From NCBI RefSeq assembly GCF_009914755.1, contig NC_060948.1: 64,000 bases of DNA. The stretch is one strand, 5' to 3'. The notes under the pieces were generated by a model, which had not been told where the DNA came from, searched no databases, and saw only the letters and a list, made by a program, of their open reading frames with translations. The stretch's first letter is position 1. The number at the start of each line of letters is the position of its first letter. The position numbers and the translations under genes are program-made. Of the stretch, positions 28,257-41,411 are shown piece by piece. The DNA comes from the human T2T-CHM13v2.0 reference genome, Homo sapiens.

Positions 28257-29068
28257 GGTACACCAATAAAAAATTACACTATGAAACAAAATAAATATAG
28301 ATGAGATCAAATCCTATTTCCAGCTAGTTCCTAGTTATAATAAAATTTTGTATGTCAACTTGTACACCCATCTTCAGAGCCCAACTGAAGACAATGATCT
28401 ACATCTAACACCACAGAGCTCTTGGAAAACTTGGGTAAGAAAACTTATATCTCAAAGTACGTTACATACATCTCAGCTGATTTGGCCATTTTCCAAAAGT
28501 CTGCATAGCTTTCTGGGAAGAGAGGGTTGATGATTCCAGAAGGAATGCAATGTTTGGAGCATCCTGCATGCATGCTTTCTTGATGTTTGAAGTTTCCAAA
28601 GGTACCATGCAGAGAGTAAGCCCTCAGTAAATATTAGCTATTGTTATTGTGCATGCCCCACATATTGTTGGTTTGGCTGTGGCACTTTCTGGTTCCAGTA
28701 GCTACTTAAGAATTTTGAGGGATGTAATAGAATCATTGGTGACTTGAATCTATAATAAAAAGTGGATATAAATCTGGACACATTGGGGGGTCATTCTTTG
28801 GTGAATTATTTTTATTATATTAATGAAATTAGTCCTGTGGGTTTTTTTTGTTTTTAATTTTGTTTTTGTTTATGCTTGTATTCTTTACAATGCACATTTT
28901 TGTCATCTATATCCTGTACTCTATGGTAAGAATGTTATGTTGGCATTATGCAATGTTTAAAAATGCTTCTTAAAACACCACCCATATCCACCATTGTGGA
29001 AAGCCCATAGATGCTTATCTAGACATCCACTTAGTTCCATAGTGGCTGTTCACTGGAAATTAAAATCA

Positions 29069-29323
<255 letters not shown>

Positions 29324-29717
29324 TTACAAAAGGAAGTGAACTGCAGATACTATAATACATGATCTTTGGGGTGTGTTCTCTTGAGTAAACCTGCAAGGTT
29401 TTATGCAAGGTGAAAGGGTGAAAACTAGAATGACAGATAAATCCTTTCCTCATGTTAGAGAAATACCTTAAAGTGTTTGAGCAAGTCTTTCAAAATTGTG
29501 GTATCCATCTCCCATGTTTCCCATCCCTTTAATTTTAACTGATATACAGGGCCTTAAAAATGCTGGATGAAATAATCATTTCCTTCATATTAGGAAAAGT
29601 GATTTCTGTTACACACACACACACAGGTGCTAAAAGTGCATTTTTTCAAAGTAGGAAAATGGAACACCTTTTTAAAAAAAGAAAACTGATGGTAAAATTA
29701 CAGTTGAAGAAGCTCTT

Positions 29718-29842
29718 GAAGGGAGGAAGGAAGAAAGAAATGAGGCAAAGAAGGGAAAAAGGAAGAAAAGAGAAAGTAATGAGGAAGAAGGGCAAAAGGA
29801 AGGAAGAAATAAGAAAGGAGGCAGAAAAGGAGACAAAAAGAA
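29718..29842. repeat. GA-rich low-complexity tract
   Basis: Read directly from the sequence. Confidence 0.85.
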
Positions 29843-30666
29843 GCCAGATTAAAATTAGTCCTTTGAACTAGGATCTCAAGGAAAACACAGCGCAAGGCAA
29901 TGCAACGCTGTAAAATACCGCTGTCTTAAGTTGAATATGTGTCATGAGTACGTAACTCCTTTGAGAAATTAGTAGTAAGACTTCCATTTATAAAAAAGCT
30001 TCTATTTTTTCAAAGTTAACAGTTAAATATTCATCAGTAGCCCTTTTGTTCTTTACAGTAATGTTTTAATGAACAGAGAGCAGGTATTAATACCACTGAT
30101 TTATTAAGAAGGACAGTGAAGCCTTATTTCTCATCTTCCAGCTCACTTCAGAATACAGGATTCTTAACTCTCGGTCCAGAATGTCCCCAGCTTGATCTTT
30201 CTATGCTTCCTTGCAGGAGAAATTTTATCTCTTTAAAAGTAAATGCCTTTTCCTGAGAGGCTAATTCTGGTTTCATATAGAATTTCATTTATTATCAAGG
30301 ATAAGTGGAGAGGAAATTGTCCATACAAGCAATCACTCCTTTTAGCTTCTGTAATTTGCATCATCACTATCTTGATAAATGTTTTAATAACTTTAAGCAA
30401 TTTTGGAAGATGAATAGTTTAGGAAGTGCCAGTGCAAAGTAAATAATTCAGATGATTCCATGGTTGTGAATTCTAAGAGGATTATTAGACCAGTTTGTTT
30501 TTTTCTTATTTTTTGAATTTTATATCTCGATAATATTGCAATGGCACAAATAGACCACTTCTTATTTCTGACATTAATTATATTAAAAAGCAGTTACATC
30601 TAAGTCTTTTCAGATAATTGATACCTACATACTTATTTTCATTTCCAATGTTTTAGGTGATAATCA

Positions 30667-30707
30667 TCCCTCCCTCCCTCCCTCCCTTCCTTCCTTCCTT
30701 CCCTCCT
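30667..30707. repeat. (CCCT)n(CCTT)n microsatellite
   Basis: Read directly from the sequence. Confidence 0.9.
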
Positions 30708-31149
30708 TATTCCCTACTTATGTGGCTCAGTGGGGCACATCTGCTTGTTCATATGTGTGTTTAGATTCTGGGTTCCCCTGTTCTTGTCAGAAGATTATTG
30801 CTTTCCTTATTGTTTATTCGATTCATTCCTCAAATGGACTATTTCTATGTGCTAATTATTTTCCTTCCAGGTTTCTGAATGTTGCGGCATCAATACCACA
30901 AAATTACTTAAAGTGATGGAAAGTTATTCAGTCAAATAGAAGACTTTAGAGAGTCAATGAATCCCTTACCATTTCAGGAAACATCTTACATACATGTGTA
31001 TATACAGATATTTTTTCTCCATATATATATTTTTTCTAGGAGAATGTATATAGCTTTCATCAGCTTTTCAATGGAGAACTAATTAAATCCCACCACACAA
31101 GATTTTTTTTCTTGTATTCGTGTTTGTATGTGTGTGTGTCACATGTATT

Positions 31150-31535
31150 AATTTTTAATTGTGATAAAATACACATCTATACTTTACCATTTTAATCATT
31201 TTTAAGTATACATTCAATGATATAAAGAGCATTCACATTGTTTTACATCCATCACCTTCATCCATCCCCAGAATTCTCTCTTGCAAAACTTAAACTCTAT
31301 ACCCATTAAAATACTTCCCATTACCTACTCTCCAGCCTCTGGAAATCACTATTCTACTTTCGTTCTCTCTGATTTTGTCTACTCTGGATAGCTCATATGA
31401 ATGGAATCCTAGACTATTTGTTCTTTTGTAACTAGTTTGTTTCATTTAGTATAGTGTCTTCAAGGTTCATCCATGTTGCAGCATGTCTTTCCGTTTCAAG
31501 GCTGAATGATATTCCCTGTATTGCACATCACAATT
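31150..31535 (-). mobile_element. L1MB-like 3' end
   Basis: aattgtgataaaatacacat...tttaccattttaatcatttttaagtatacattca...ttcaaggttcatccatgttgcagcatg. Confidence 0.8.
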
Positions 31536-31775
31536 TGTTAGTCAATATTTCCAAGATTCTAAGTAAGAATAGACCATGTAGATGGCACATTTCCAGAGAC
31601 GTACTCTTGTTAGAATGGCAAACCACCTTACTAGAACATTGGATGTTATATCCAGGCTTATTCAAACATCACTGGATTATATTGACATTTGAGTGTGGGT
31701 GATATAAATTATCAGTGTTAACCAGGAATTTTAAGAAAATGTATTGATAATTAGGAGTCACACACAGGCCCCCCC

Positions 31776-31777
<2 letters not shown>

Positions 31778-31821
<44 letters not shown>
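31778..31821. repeat. (CA)n microsatellite
   Basis: Read directly from the sequence. Confidence 0.97.
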
Positions 31822-31823
<2 letters not shown>

Positions 31824-32544
31824 ATTTACTCTATAGCCCCATTGTGGAAGAACTTACATCTTTAAAGATTCCAATCTATGAACTTTGTACACCCCACAAT
31901 TGCTCAATATGTTCTTCAGATTGCTCTTTAGATGTTCAGCACTTTTTTGGTTAGACTGGGTCCTGAGAATGTGATGTTATTTATGCTATTGGAAACATCA
32001 TCATAAAGGTAAATGTAATTTGTTTTTTACTAGCATATAAAAATAGAATGGATATTTTTGGTGTTCTTGCTTTTATTAACTGCTAAATTCACTAATTCTC
32101 CTAGCTGGGTTATAGATTAAACTTACACCATAATGTTTTAAGACAGGCTTAATCCTTCCTTTTCAATAATTTTACTTTCAATTTTTACTTTACTATGTTA
32201 CTACAATTACAATAACTAATTACAAGTACCTACCAGTATATCATGTAGAGACTTGCCCACACCAGACATCTTTGCCTTATTATTGATGTCCGGGGAATTT
32301 TCAGCATTTCATATGCTCCTTGCTGTGTTTTTGTTTCTTTGTTTGTTTATTTTCATTTCTTGTTGAATTTTTCAGGTAAAAATCATTCATATGTTTAAGG
32401 AAATTTTATTGTATTCCAGATAGTGTACTTCATTAATTAAAACTTATCATCCTTTGAAAATTTATTTTTTGCCTTTATTGAGATGCCATATTTATATTCT
32501 TTTTTCTTTTAATGCAATAATTTCCCTCAAATGACTTACAGCTC

Positions 32545-32670
32545 CTCAGTGGGCATAGTGGATCACTCTTGTAATCACAGCACTTTGGGAGACCTAGGCA
32601 GGAGGACTGTCTGAGGCCAGAAGTTCAAGACTGCCCAGGGAAATGCAGCAAGACCTGATCTGTATTTTTA
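32545..32670 (+). mobile_element. FLAM / Alu left monomer
   Basis: gggcatagtggatcactcttgtaatcacagcactttgggagacctaggcaggagga...gttcaagac. Confidence 0.8.
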
Positions 32671-32882
32671 AGAAATTTTAAGTTAAAAATAATTCACAAC
32701 TCTAAACTATCCTATTACTCTGAATTCCTGAAATAAATCCCACTTGAATTATGACACATTCTGTAAAATTGCTTCCTTTTTGTTAACCACTAGAATATAT
32801 GGCATATTTTTCTCTGTATAGATATAATTTTATAAATTTGGCATTACTTAGAAAGATTATTAAAAAATTATCTCTAATTTCA

Positions 32883-33143
32883 TTTTTTATTGTTGTTTTT
32901 GTTTTTGACACCCATTTTTGTTCTGTTACCCAGGCTCTAGTCCAATGGTGTGATCTTGGCTCACTGCAATCTCTACCTCCCCAGTACAAGTGATTCTCCT
33001 GCCTCATCTGGGACTACAGGCACATGCTATACACTCACAGCTAAATTTTGTATTTTTCATAGACAGAGTTTCACCACATTGGCCAGGCTGGTCTCAAACT
33101 GCTGACCTAAGGTGATCAGCCCTCCTTGGCCTCCCAAAGTGCT
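32883..33143 (-). mobile_element. Alu (AluS-like), truncated
   Basis: gatcttggctcactgcaatctc...ggccaggctggtctcaaactgctgacctaaggtgatc...cctcccaaagtgct. Confidence 0.9.
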
Positions 33144-34867
33144 TCATTTATTTTTATTTTTTATTTTTTTAGGGGGGTCAGGTTTTGGTATTAAGCTTAT
33201 GCTGATCCCAGGAATATCTTGGAGTAGATTCAGTTGTCTTGAACTTCTGGTCAAATTTATTACTACTATAAATTCTGCCATTCTTCTGTTATATGTTCTT
33301 ACAGTCTTTTTAATACATAAAAATATTATATGCCTTAGTTATAACTTACTTGCCTTATTTGCTATTTTTGTTGACAACCTTGGATATTCTATTTGTATAA
33401 TAAAAATCTACAAATAATAACAAAACATTACTTTCCTCCTTCCAATGTGTATGCCTTTCATTTTCTTACATATTTAGTTGTGCTAGCCAGTACCTACAGA
33501 AAAAAGCTAATAGAGTAGAAGTTTCTTATTTATTTAGCACTATGATAGATGCTTTTTGATTGATGTTTCTATATATTTTATATATTGTCACATTGTTAGT
33601 ATTTCTGCATTATATAAGTAATTTATATTATATACCTACATAATAACATAACATACAAACATATCTTAACATCTTGTACATATAAATATTTTTACATATG
33701 AAGAAAGACACCTATATTTCTGCATTGTCTTGAAACAAAGAATGAGAATGAACTTTTATTAAATGAATTTCATCACTTATAGTCATAACCTGTTTTCCAT
33801 GATTATATTAATATTTTAAATAAATTTCCTCATACTGAGATTTGCATGTATTGAAATAAATCTCAAGCTATCACAATGAATTTTTCTTCAAACAACAGCT
33901 GTAGTCTATCAGCTAGTTGTTAAAAAATATTCCCATCAATTAGTTTATGCCTGTGCTTTGTTTTTAAATTTTATGTTGATGTTTTGCAAGCTTTATAATA
34001 ACATTTTAGAACTATTTTTCTTCTCTAAATCAATTTAAATATCAAGGAATTTATCTTTTTTTCAAATAAAATACTGTTAAAGAATTTGGAACTGATGTAT
34101 TTGATGGGGAGAGTGTTTGAGGTGAAGAATGAGGTTTGATCACTTTGGGATGATATAATTAGTCTGTTTTGAGTTTCTGTTTCTTCTAGAAAAAATATGT
34201 ATGGGTCTGGAAAATTATCCATTATATCTAAGTTTTCAAATGCATTTCTATGGGATGGATCAAAGGAATTGGTTTTGATTTTTTAATCTTTTCCCATAGC
34301 TAGGATTTCCTCTCATCATTTGTTTTATGCATTTTTTCATCCCCACTTTTATTTGATGATCACTATATTAAACAGTGTTTCTGTCATATTTTTTTTCCTT
34401 ACCAAGGAACTAATGATAAGAATTTCATTCGCATTTATATCCTTCTTGGTTTTTGAATCTTTACTAATTCCTTTCTAATTCCTGCTGTGTTCTTGTAGTT
34501 TTGATGTTGTTGTTATATTTTGTTTTTTCTTGAGAAAATACAACTGTAGTGAGAATCCTTCCTTGGAGATGGCACCAAGGTGTAGTTTCTGAAAAATAAT
34601 TACTAAGCAAGTTATGCTACGTGGTTCTTCATGGCCCCAGTACTCTTGGCTGCAACAGTCTGAAATGTTAGTATTTAAAATTTCATCACCACTTATGCGT
34701 AGGGCATATTGCAAGCATATTCAACATGAGGGTGAGAAAATAGCATGGATTTCAGCCAGCAGACATAAGAGTGCAATTTGTATACATTCTGGGAATGTAA
34801 ATCCAGTATCATCCATAACTCAAGCGAGGGAGGAATATTTAGTTCAACACCTTATGAAGGGTTTAAA

Positions 34868-34881
34868 GTTGCCCTGGCAAC
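34868..34881. promoter_or_regulatory. RFX X-box-like palindrome
   Basis: GTTGCCCTGGCAAC versus the symmetric X-box GTTGCCATGGCAAC (13/14), in apparently unique sequence. Confidence 0.45.
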
Positions 34882-36255
34882 AGAACTCTAATAAAGAAAA
34901 GTTCTATTCTGTGTTGAGTAATGCTACAGTTTTTATCCCCAGTTCTCAAATGTTTCCTTTTCTTTTTGCTTCTACTAGATTCAAATACTCTATATTTGAC
35001 TTGAGCATGAATTTCCCATTGTATGCACGATTATAAGAACTCCCAGATATTTCCAATATGGATTTTATTGTTGAATCTGAAACAGAAAGAATTCATTTCA
35101 TGAACCCAGTCCCCACCTAGAGGCAACTAACTTTTGTGGTGCTGCTAAGAATATTTTCCCAGCCTTTTTTTTCCTACTGTCAGGCCCAATATTCAATTTT
35201 ACCATTAATATGATGTTGTCCTACTATGATATTAATTATTTTACAATGTCTGTGTAAAATGTTATACTGAAAAAAATGTGATTGCCTATATTAGCCTGAA
35301 TGAAAAATGTCTCAAAGCAAACCATTTTCAATAAACGTGCATTAGGACTCTTTGAACTGTGCTACCACTGGTGTTGAAGGTGCTGCCCAAAGAAATTATG
35401 TGATTTATGAAATTTTAGTCCAATTTTTCTTTGGTATTTAACAAAAAATCTTGTGAAACTAAGAGATTAGAAGCAAACTTCTGCTTTATCTCTTATTCAA
35501 AGTAAGGCTTCTTAAGGTATATCTCAATCCATTTATTAACTATTTGAAGACTTTAAACTTTGGATCACAAATAAATTTAAGACAGGGATATTAGATGTGC
35601 ACATTTGTTTATACTGTGATAATTCTCGGTAAACTACATGTGAGAGTTTCTTTAGTAATTTAACTCAACAAGGAAATGAAATGGCTGTAAAATAAACACA
35701 AGTTATCTAAAGGAAGAAATATTTTTTTGTGGTTTACATGAATTGTTTCTTTTAGAACTTTTGAATTATATAAGCCCCCAAACAAGAAAAATTACCTCAA
35801 GATGGTTTGTTGTCAAACTCAAAGTAATTTGAAGTAAATCTGAGTGCTTATTATTTTCTTAAGGCAATTTTCATGTTGGCAAATAATTGTCTCTAATATC
35901 TTTATTTCTAACACACCTGGGATCATTGCATAATAGCCTTGATTGGAGGGAAGGGAATAATGCAATAATCAGATAGTTAAGTCAGAAGGATGGGGTGTGT
36001 GTATTAGAATCCTCTACGATTTTGTAGGGACACAGATTTTGTATGACTGCCAGCTAACACTTTCAATGATAAAGAAGTTTCCATGTCTCCAACTGACATA
36101 TTTTAGTTTCCTCATTGTTTCCCTGTTTCGGATGGTAGCACTAATAAGTAGAAAAATGGCCTGGAGACTGTCAAAACAAAACAAAACAAAAAGAATATTA
36201 GAAAAAGAATAGATGATCAAATGTTACTGAATTTTTAAACCATTGAGAAATGATA

Positions 36256-36379
36256 CCTTGTTTTTATCATCCCTTTGTCTTTGTTTTCAAGAAAATTATT
36301 CCTATCTTATTCTTTCAAATGAACTTCAAAGCAGTTTGCATCGATCTTGCCGGTTAATAAGAGAGAGGGAGACAGAGAC
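36256..36379 (+). repeat. Local dispersed duplication, copy A (partner 37406-37531)
   Basis: ccttgtt.ttatcat...tattcctat...cttcaaagcag.ttgca..gatcttgc.ggttaata.gagagggagacagagaca is shared by both copies. Confidence 0.92.
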
Positions 36380-36601
36380 AGAAATAGAGACAAAAAGAGA
36401 GAAAAGGAAAAGGAGGAAGAGAGAGACAGAGCAGAGAGAGAAAGAGGGTAGGAGGGAGAGAGAGAAAAGGAGGGAGGGAGGGGGAAGGATGAAGAGACAT
36501 ATACAGAGAGAGACAGAGGAAAGAAGAGAGAGAAAAGGTAGAGAGACAGGACAGAAGGAGGAGAGAGAAAACAGAGAAAGAGAGGGAGATAGAGAGAGAG
36601 A
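36360..36601. repeat. GA-rich microsatellite / low-complexity tract
   Basis: Read directly from the sequence. Confidence 0.92.
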
Positions 36602-37341
36602 CTGGCTGAGTAATGCTTTCAAGATCATATTTTAAAATCCTGGATAAGAGAGTGCCTGTTTTATGGTCAAGGAGTATTTACCAATTCACAAAAGTCATAC
36701 AAAGAAAGAAATGGCACTAAATCAAGAGCAATTCATAACAACACATGGAAAAGAAAGAAAAAGGAAAATAAAGTTCTCTCTTCTAAAGTCAACATATCGT
36801 GTACTTTGGGCCCTCTCCTACTCAATGGAGGCTCCAAAAGAATTCACCCTGTATTTCCTACTCTTCTTCATTTGGTGTTCAGATATTACCACAGTGCTCC
36901 CTATTTTGCATCCCCAAACAATATACCCAAATCCTTTACCTTGGATGATTTCTTGTTTTGTTTATTCATTTCTCGTTTTTCAACATTGTAGCCTAAAGTT
37001 TTTTCCACATTTCCCCCAAATGCCTCCACAGAATCCAACAATGACTTCTTTCTTTGCTCGAATTTTGTGATCTTTCTATTGTATGCTTTCTGTTTGACTT
37101 TTGGTATGATTGATTATCTTCCTTGAAATAGCATGGCTTCCTTGACTTGGGTTCCATTGGTGACTCCTGCTTTTTCTTCATGGTTTTTGTAAGCCCTTTT
37201 GAATAGGTTTATGTCTCTCCTATCTCATATCCACTTAGCCACTTAATGTCCCTTGTAGTTATCTGTTCTCAAGGCTGCTAGTCATGCTTCTATTATAGAT
37301 CCCTAAACTACTTATCACTTTATGCCTAGTTTCTGTACAAC

Positions 37342-37363
37342 ATTTTAAATTGATTCCAGGACA

Positions 37364-37406
<43 letters not shown>

Positions 37407-37664
37407 CTTGTTATTATCATTCTTTTATTGTCTTTGTTTTTGTGAAAACTATTCCTATATCATTCTTTCAAACACGCTTCAAAGCAGCTTGCACAGATCT
37501 TGCTGGTTAATAGGAGAGGGAGACAGAGACAAAAAATGTGTATGTATATATAATTGTCCTAGAATCAATTTAAAATATGGCATAATATATATAATCAAAT
37601 ATAATACACATTTTATATTTTTTATATATACACATATATAATTGTCCTGGAATCAATTTAAAGT
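37342..37664. repeat. Composite structure: 26-bp arm, (CA)n, duplication copy B (37406-37531), two inverted copies of the arm
   Basis: attttaaattgattccaggacaatta (37342-37367); its reverse complement occurs at 37551-37576 and 37639-37664 (25/26 each). Confidence 0.92.
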
Positions 37665-37669
37665 ATATA

Positions 37670-37930
37670 TATTTGTATTTAGTGACAAGATCTTGCTCTG
37701 TTGCCCTGGCTGGAATTCAGTGGCATAATCACAGCTCATTGCAGCCTCAATCTCCTGAGCTCAAGCAATGCTCCCACCTCAGCCTCCTGATAGCTGGGAC
37801 TATAGCTGTACACTACCATACCCAGCAATTTTTAATTTTTTTTTTTTTTGTAGAGACAGGGCCTCATTATGTTTCCTAAGCTGTTCTCGAACTCCTGGCC
37901 TCAAAAAATCCTCCTGCTTTGGCCTTCAAA
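37670..37930 (-). mobile_element. Alu (AluJ-like), 5'-truncated
   Basis: cataatcacagctcattgcagcctcaatctcctgagctcaagc...gtagagacagggcctcattatgtt. Confidence 0.9.
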
Positions 37931-39291
37931 CAGGACCATTTTATTTGAGGGCTCTATTCTTATCTAAAAACCATCAGACCCCTACCACTTTCCTGAATGT
38001 TTTGTCAATAATGAAGAAATGCTATTTCTATTAATGTCATTGACATAAATTGAGCCACTTAAAACAAAAAAAAGTGATAGAAGTACCTATCTTTTATTCT
38101 TTGTATCCAATCCCTATGTAATCATTTCTTATATTTCACATTCAACTGAAGTCCATGTGAATTTCATAAAATATGGTGAAATTTTTCTCTTTTGTTTCTC
38201 TTTTGTTTCTAGTGTCATCTTTCAGAACAGATTTTTGTTACCTGGGGTTTGCATGACTGAATTCATCTTCCAGCAGCTCTTTAGATTTTATTGACTTCCA
38301 CAGGTCTCTTCTGCAAGCTCCATTCAAAGCTTCCTTATAGGAGATATTGATTCCACAAATCATTTCCATTATGCCATTCAAACAGCTCCACAGAAATTCT
38401 ATTCAATCTGTCTCACATCCTCCAAATACTCTTCATAAGATGCCCTTTCTTAACCCCAACTGTTTGCTGTGAGTATTCTTTCTCATTTAGTCTAGACTTT
38501 CCTTGCCTGATGTTCCAATCCTGTGAATTCTGAAGGTGTGACCTTATGAAACCACTCTATTCAGAAACTCTCTTTTTTAATAGTGTCACTTAATGGATTA
38601 GATAATCAATCCAAGGGGATATGTTCAAAGCCTCCCTCATCCACTTACTCCTTGAGTGATCTAAGCAAGCTATTTAGAATCTCTCACACTCAAGTTTCAC
38701 TACTTTAAAAACAAAACAAACTTGTGACTTATAGCATGTGCTTAAATGGATTGTTATGAATATTTCTGTTATTTTATTTATCTAACCCAGATTGATGTAG
38801 ACAGTGAATGCTTAATATATTGAATTAAATTATTACTAAGTATATACAAAAAGATATTTGATAATGTTTGTACTATTGTTTCACAAACCACTACTCCACT
38901 GAGGTGCTGAACTGCTTCGTCAAGCCCAGATAGATTAGACAGAAGGGCTGGAAGCTGCAGTATGTGTCCACTGCCAAATTCAGAAGCTTCCATACGGATA
39001 CGGAATTTCCAGGAAAGGGTTATCCTCCCTGTGGGTGAAGGGTTATCCCCTATGAACAGAAGACTAGGAAAAGCTGTCTACTGAGGACTGTGAACTAAGG
39101 AGAAGAGAGAAAACCTAGGTAGAATCAGTGACAAGAGAGAATCAGGTGACACATGCCCATATACCCATATCATTTCAATCTTGCTTCCAGTCTTATCTGA
39201 GTCCCAGTTATGGTCACATCTTGACCAATTTGGAGTCTGTGACACAATCCTATGTCTGTGCAATAAATACTGTCCCTTGAGCACTTGATTA

Positions 39292-39450
39292 TCTCCTTCA
39301 ACTTGTAATTTATTTTATTTTGCCTTTCCGATTCACCCTTAGAAGAGTAAAGGGGGGTTGAGAAACCTTGTTAGTTGATTATGAAACTCAACCAGTAGTT
39401 TGAAGGAGCTATTTATCTCCAAGAAAGAAACACTTAGACATATCAATCCG
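39292..39450 (+). repeat. Local dispersed duplication, copy A (partner 40389-40544)
   Basis: tctccttca..tgtaa.tt.ttttatt.tgcctt...attcaccct.agaa...agttgatt.tgaaactca...aaggagcta is shared; roughly 75-80% identical by eye. Confidence 0.88.
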
Positions 39451-40087
39451 TGGTCTTAATCCTTTCCAATGGAAAATAACTAATCCCAGTTGTTTCTCAT
39501 TGTATTACTGGTTCAGAGAAGGATAAGAAATGATAGAGTAATAAAATGGTTGACATGAAACAGGTTAGCAGTTTCTTCTCCTTCTTGCATATCTGGAGAA
39601 AAAAGCACAGAGAGGTTAATTGATCAAATTGCTTTTGGTCAGCTGACTGGAGTGGGACAATGGATTGAAGGTCTCTAATGAGAAAATAATGCATGTGTCA
39701 TCCCTTCTTTCAAATAAAATGGTCACACCTATTTAATCCAGTAAATAAGTTAACAAGACCTACAATGCACACCATTCCCCAAAGGCTGGATATGCCTTGG
39801 GGTAGAATCAATGCAGCCATTAAAATATTCCACAGATTCTTCACAGGTAGTATGCATAGTTCACCTTCCTTAAAGCATTGGATTACAGAAAACATGAACA
39901 CTTCTTTTGGTAGAAGGACTAGAAGGAAGTCACTAAATAATTGAACATTTAAGCAAAAATAATAGGTCCACTGAATGGGATAAGTCAAGAGTATCAATTG
40001 AATTAAATCCATTGGCAAAAACTAGTGGTTCTTAAACACCATGGAAGAAGGAAAAAGAACAGGTCATTTTGGTATTTTCTTTAAATG

Positions 40088-40365
40088 TTTCTTCTTCTTT
40101 TTAATTTTTTTTTAAATTGAGACAGGGCCTCATTCTGTCACTCAGGCTAGAATGCAGTAGTGTGATCACAGCTTACTGCAGTATCAACATTCCAAGCTCA
40201 CGTGATTCCCCCAGCTCAGCCTCCTGAGTAGCAGGGACTACAGGCATGCACCACTGTGCCTGGCTAATTTTTTAATTATTTGTAGAGACAGGGTGTTTTC
40301 ATGCTGCCCAGGCTGGTCTTAACTCATGGACTTAAGTGATTCTCCTGCTGTGACCTCCCAAAATG
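40088..40365 (-). mobile_element. Alu (AluJ-like)
   Basis: gagacagggcctcattctgtcactcaggctagaatgcagtagtgtgatcacagcttactgcag...; degenerate TSD ggtattttct / ggtatttcct. Confidence 0.9.
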
Positions 40366-40388
40366 GGGTATTTCCTAAAAAGAATGCC

Positions 40389-40544
40389 TCTCCTTCAGCA
40401 TGTAACTTCTTTTATTCTGCCTTCCTAATTCACCCTCAGAAAAGGAAAGGGAGTTTCGCAGACCTTCTCAGTTGATTTTGAAACTCATCCACAATTTTAA
40501 AGGAGCTATATCCAAGAGAAAAACCTTTGGTGGGTATAAATCCA
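40389..40544 (+). repeat. Local dispersed duplication, copy B (partner 39292-39450)
   Basis: Same shared motifs as the partner copy at 39292-39450. Confidence 0.88.
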
Positions 40545-41071
40545 ACGTTGTACAGACTTGGGTAATGCTAATTATAGTTTCTTGAGTTTTTACAGGTGTC
40601 TACCATGGTTAGAAATTTGCACCCATTATTCCTGTACTTTGAAAAGTCCTGCAAAAGTAACCTCACATCTTCACAACCCAAGACTTTTCTCAATCCATAT
40701 TGGTGGTTGTGACTTTCAAATCCTCTCCATACTATAGTTATTTTCAATCCATACATACATACATATATAGGTCTTAGGAGATCCAAGAGGTATCTATGCT
40801 TTGGGAGACAGGAAAATGCCATGAACCAGGGTAACTTTCTCTCTCCAGTGATAATTCTGGGAAGCATGCCCTGTTCTTATGCATCAGAACTTAGTTCTCT
40901 ACATGTAGCATTGCAACAGCTCCATGACAGCCATACCAAATTTTTAAATTCTTGCCTATGGAAATCTTCCCCCAACATCATGCAGTAAATGACAGACCAG
41001 GAGTTCAAATGCAGACCTCTTCTGTTTACAATCAGTACAAAATAGGTGGTGCATCTTAGGATTTGTCTTCT

Positions 41072-41370
41072 TCTTCTTTTTTTTTTTTTTTTGAGACAGA
41101 GTCTCACTCTGTTGCCCAGGCTGGAATGCAGTGGTGCAATCTTGGCTCACTGCAATGTCTGCCTCCTGGGTTCAAGCAATTCTCTGCCTCAGCTTCCTGA
41201 GTAGCTGGGATTACAGGTGCATGCCACAATGCCCAGCTAAGTTTTGTATTTTTACTAGAGACAGTGTTTCACCATCTTGGCCAGGCTGCTGTTGAACTCC
41301 TGACCTCATGATCCACTCACCTTGGCCACCCAAAGTGCTGGGATTACAGGCATGAGTCACTGAACCTGTA
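41072..41370 (-). mobile_element. Alu (AluS-like)
   Basis: Full dimer; TSD aggatttgtcttct (41058-41071) / agggtttgtcttct (41372-41385). Confidence 0.95.
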
Positions 41371-41411
41371 GAGGGTTTGTCTTCTAATTGGAGCCAAAAG
41401 TTAATAGGAAA

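Larger units (their letters stand above)
31900..34500 (-). mobile_element. Highly degraded old L1M ORF2 fragments, interrupted by FLAM/Alu
   Basis: T-rich patches resembling antisense L1 ORF2 (cctttattgagatgccatatt, aaataaatcccacttg, tcaggttttggtattaag, ggaaaattatccatt). Boundaries are approximate. Confidence 0.5.

Noticed and set aside
29887-29925. Small CpG-containing hairpin acagcg...cgctgt
   Set aside because: Only a 6-bp stem, expected by chance; no RNA-gene features.
35111-35128. CTCF-like ccacctagaggca
   Set aside because: Spacing does not fit the CTCF core consensus.
36243-36635. 130-aa RE-rich ORF (also 29560-29871)
   Set aside because: Translation of GA-rich low-complexity sequence.
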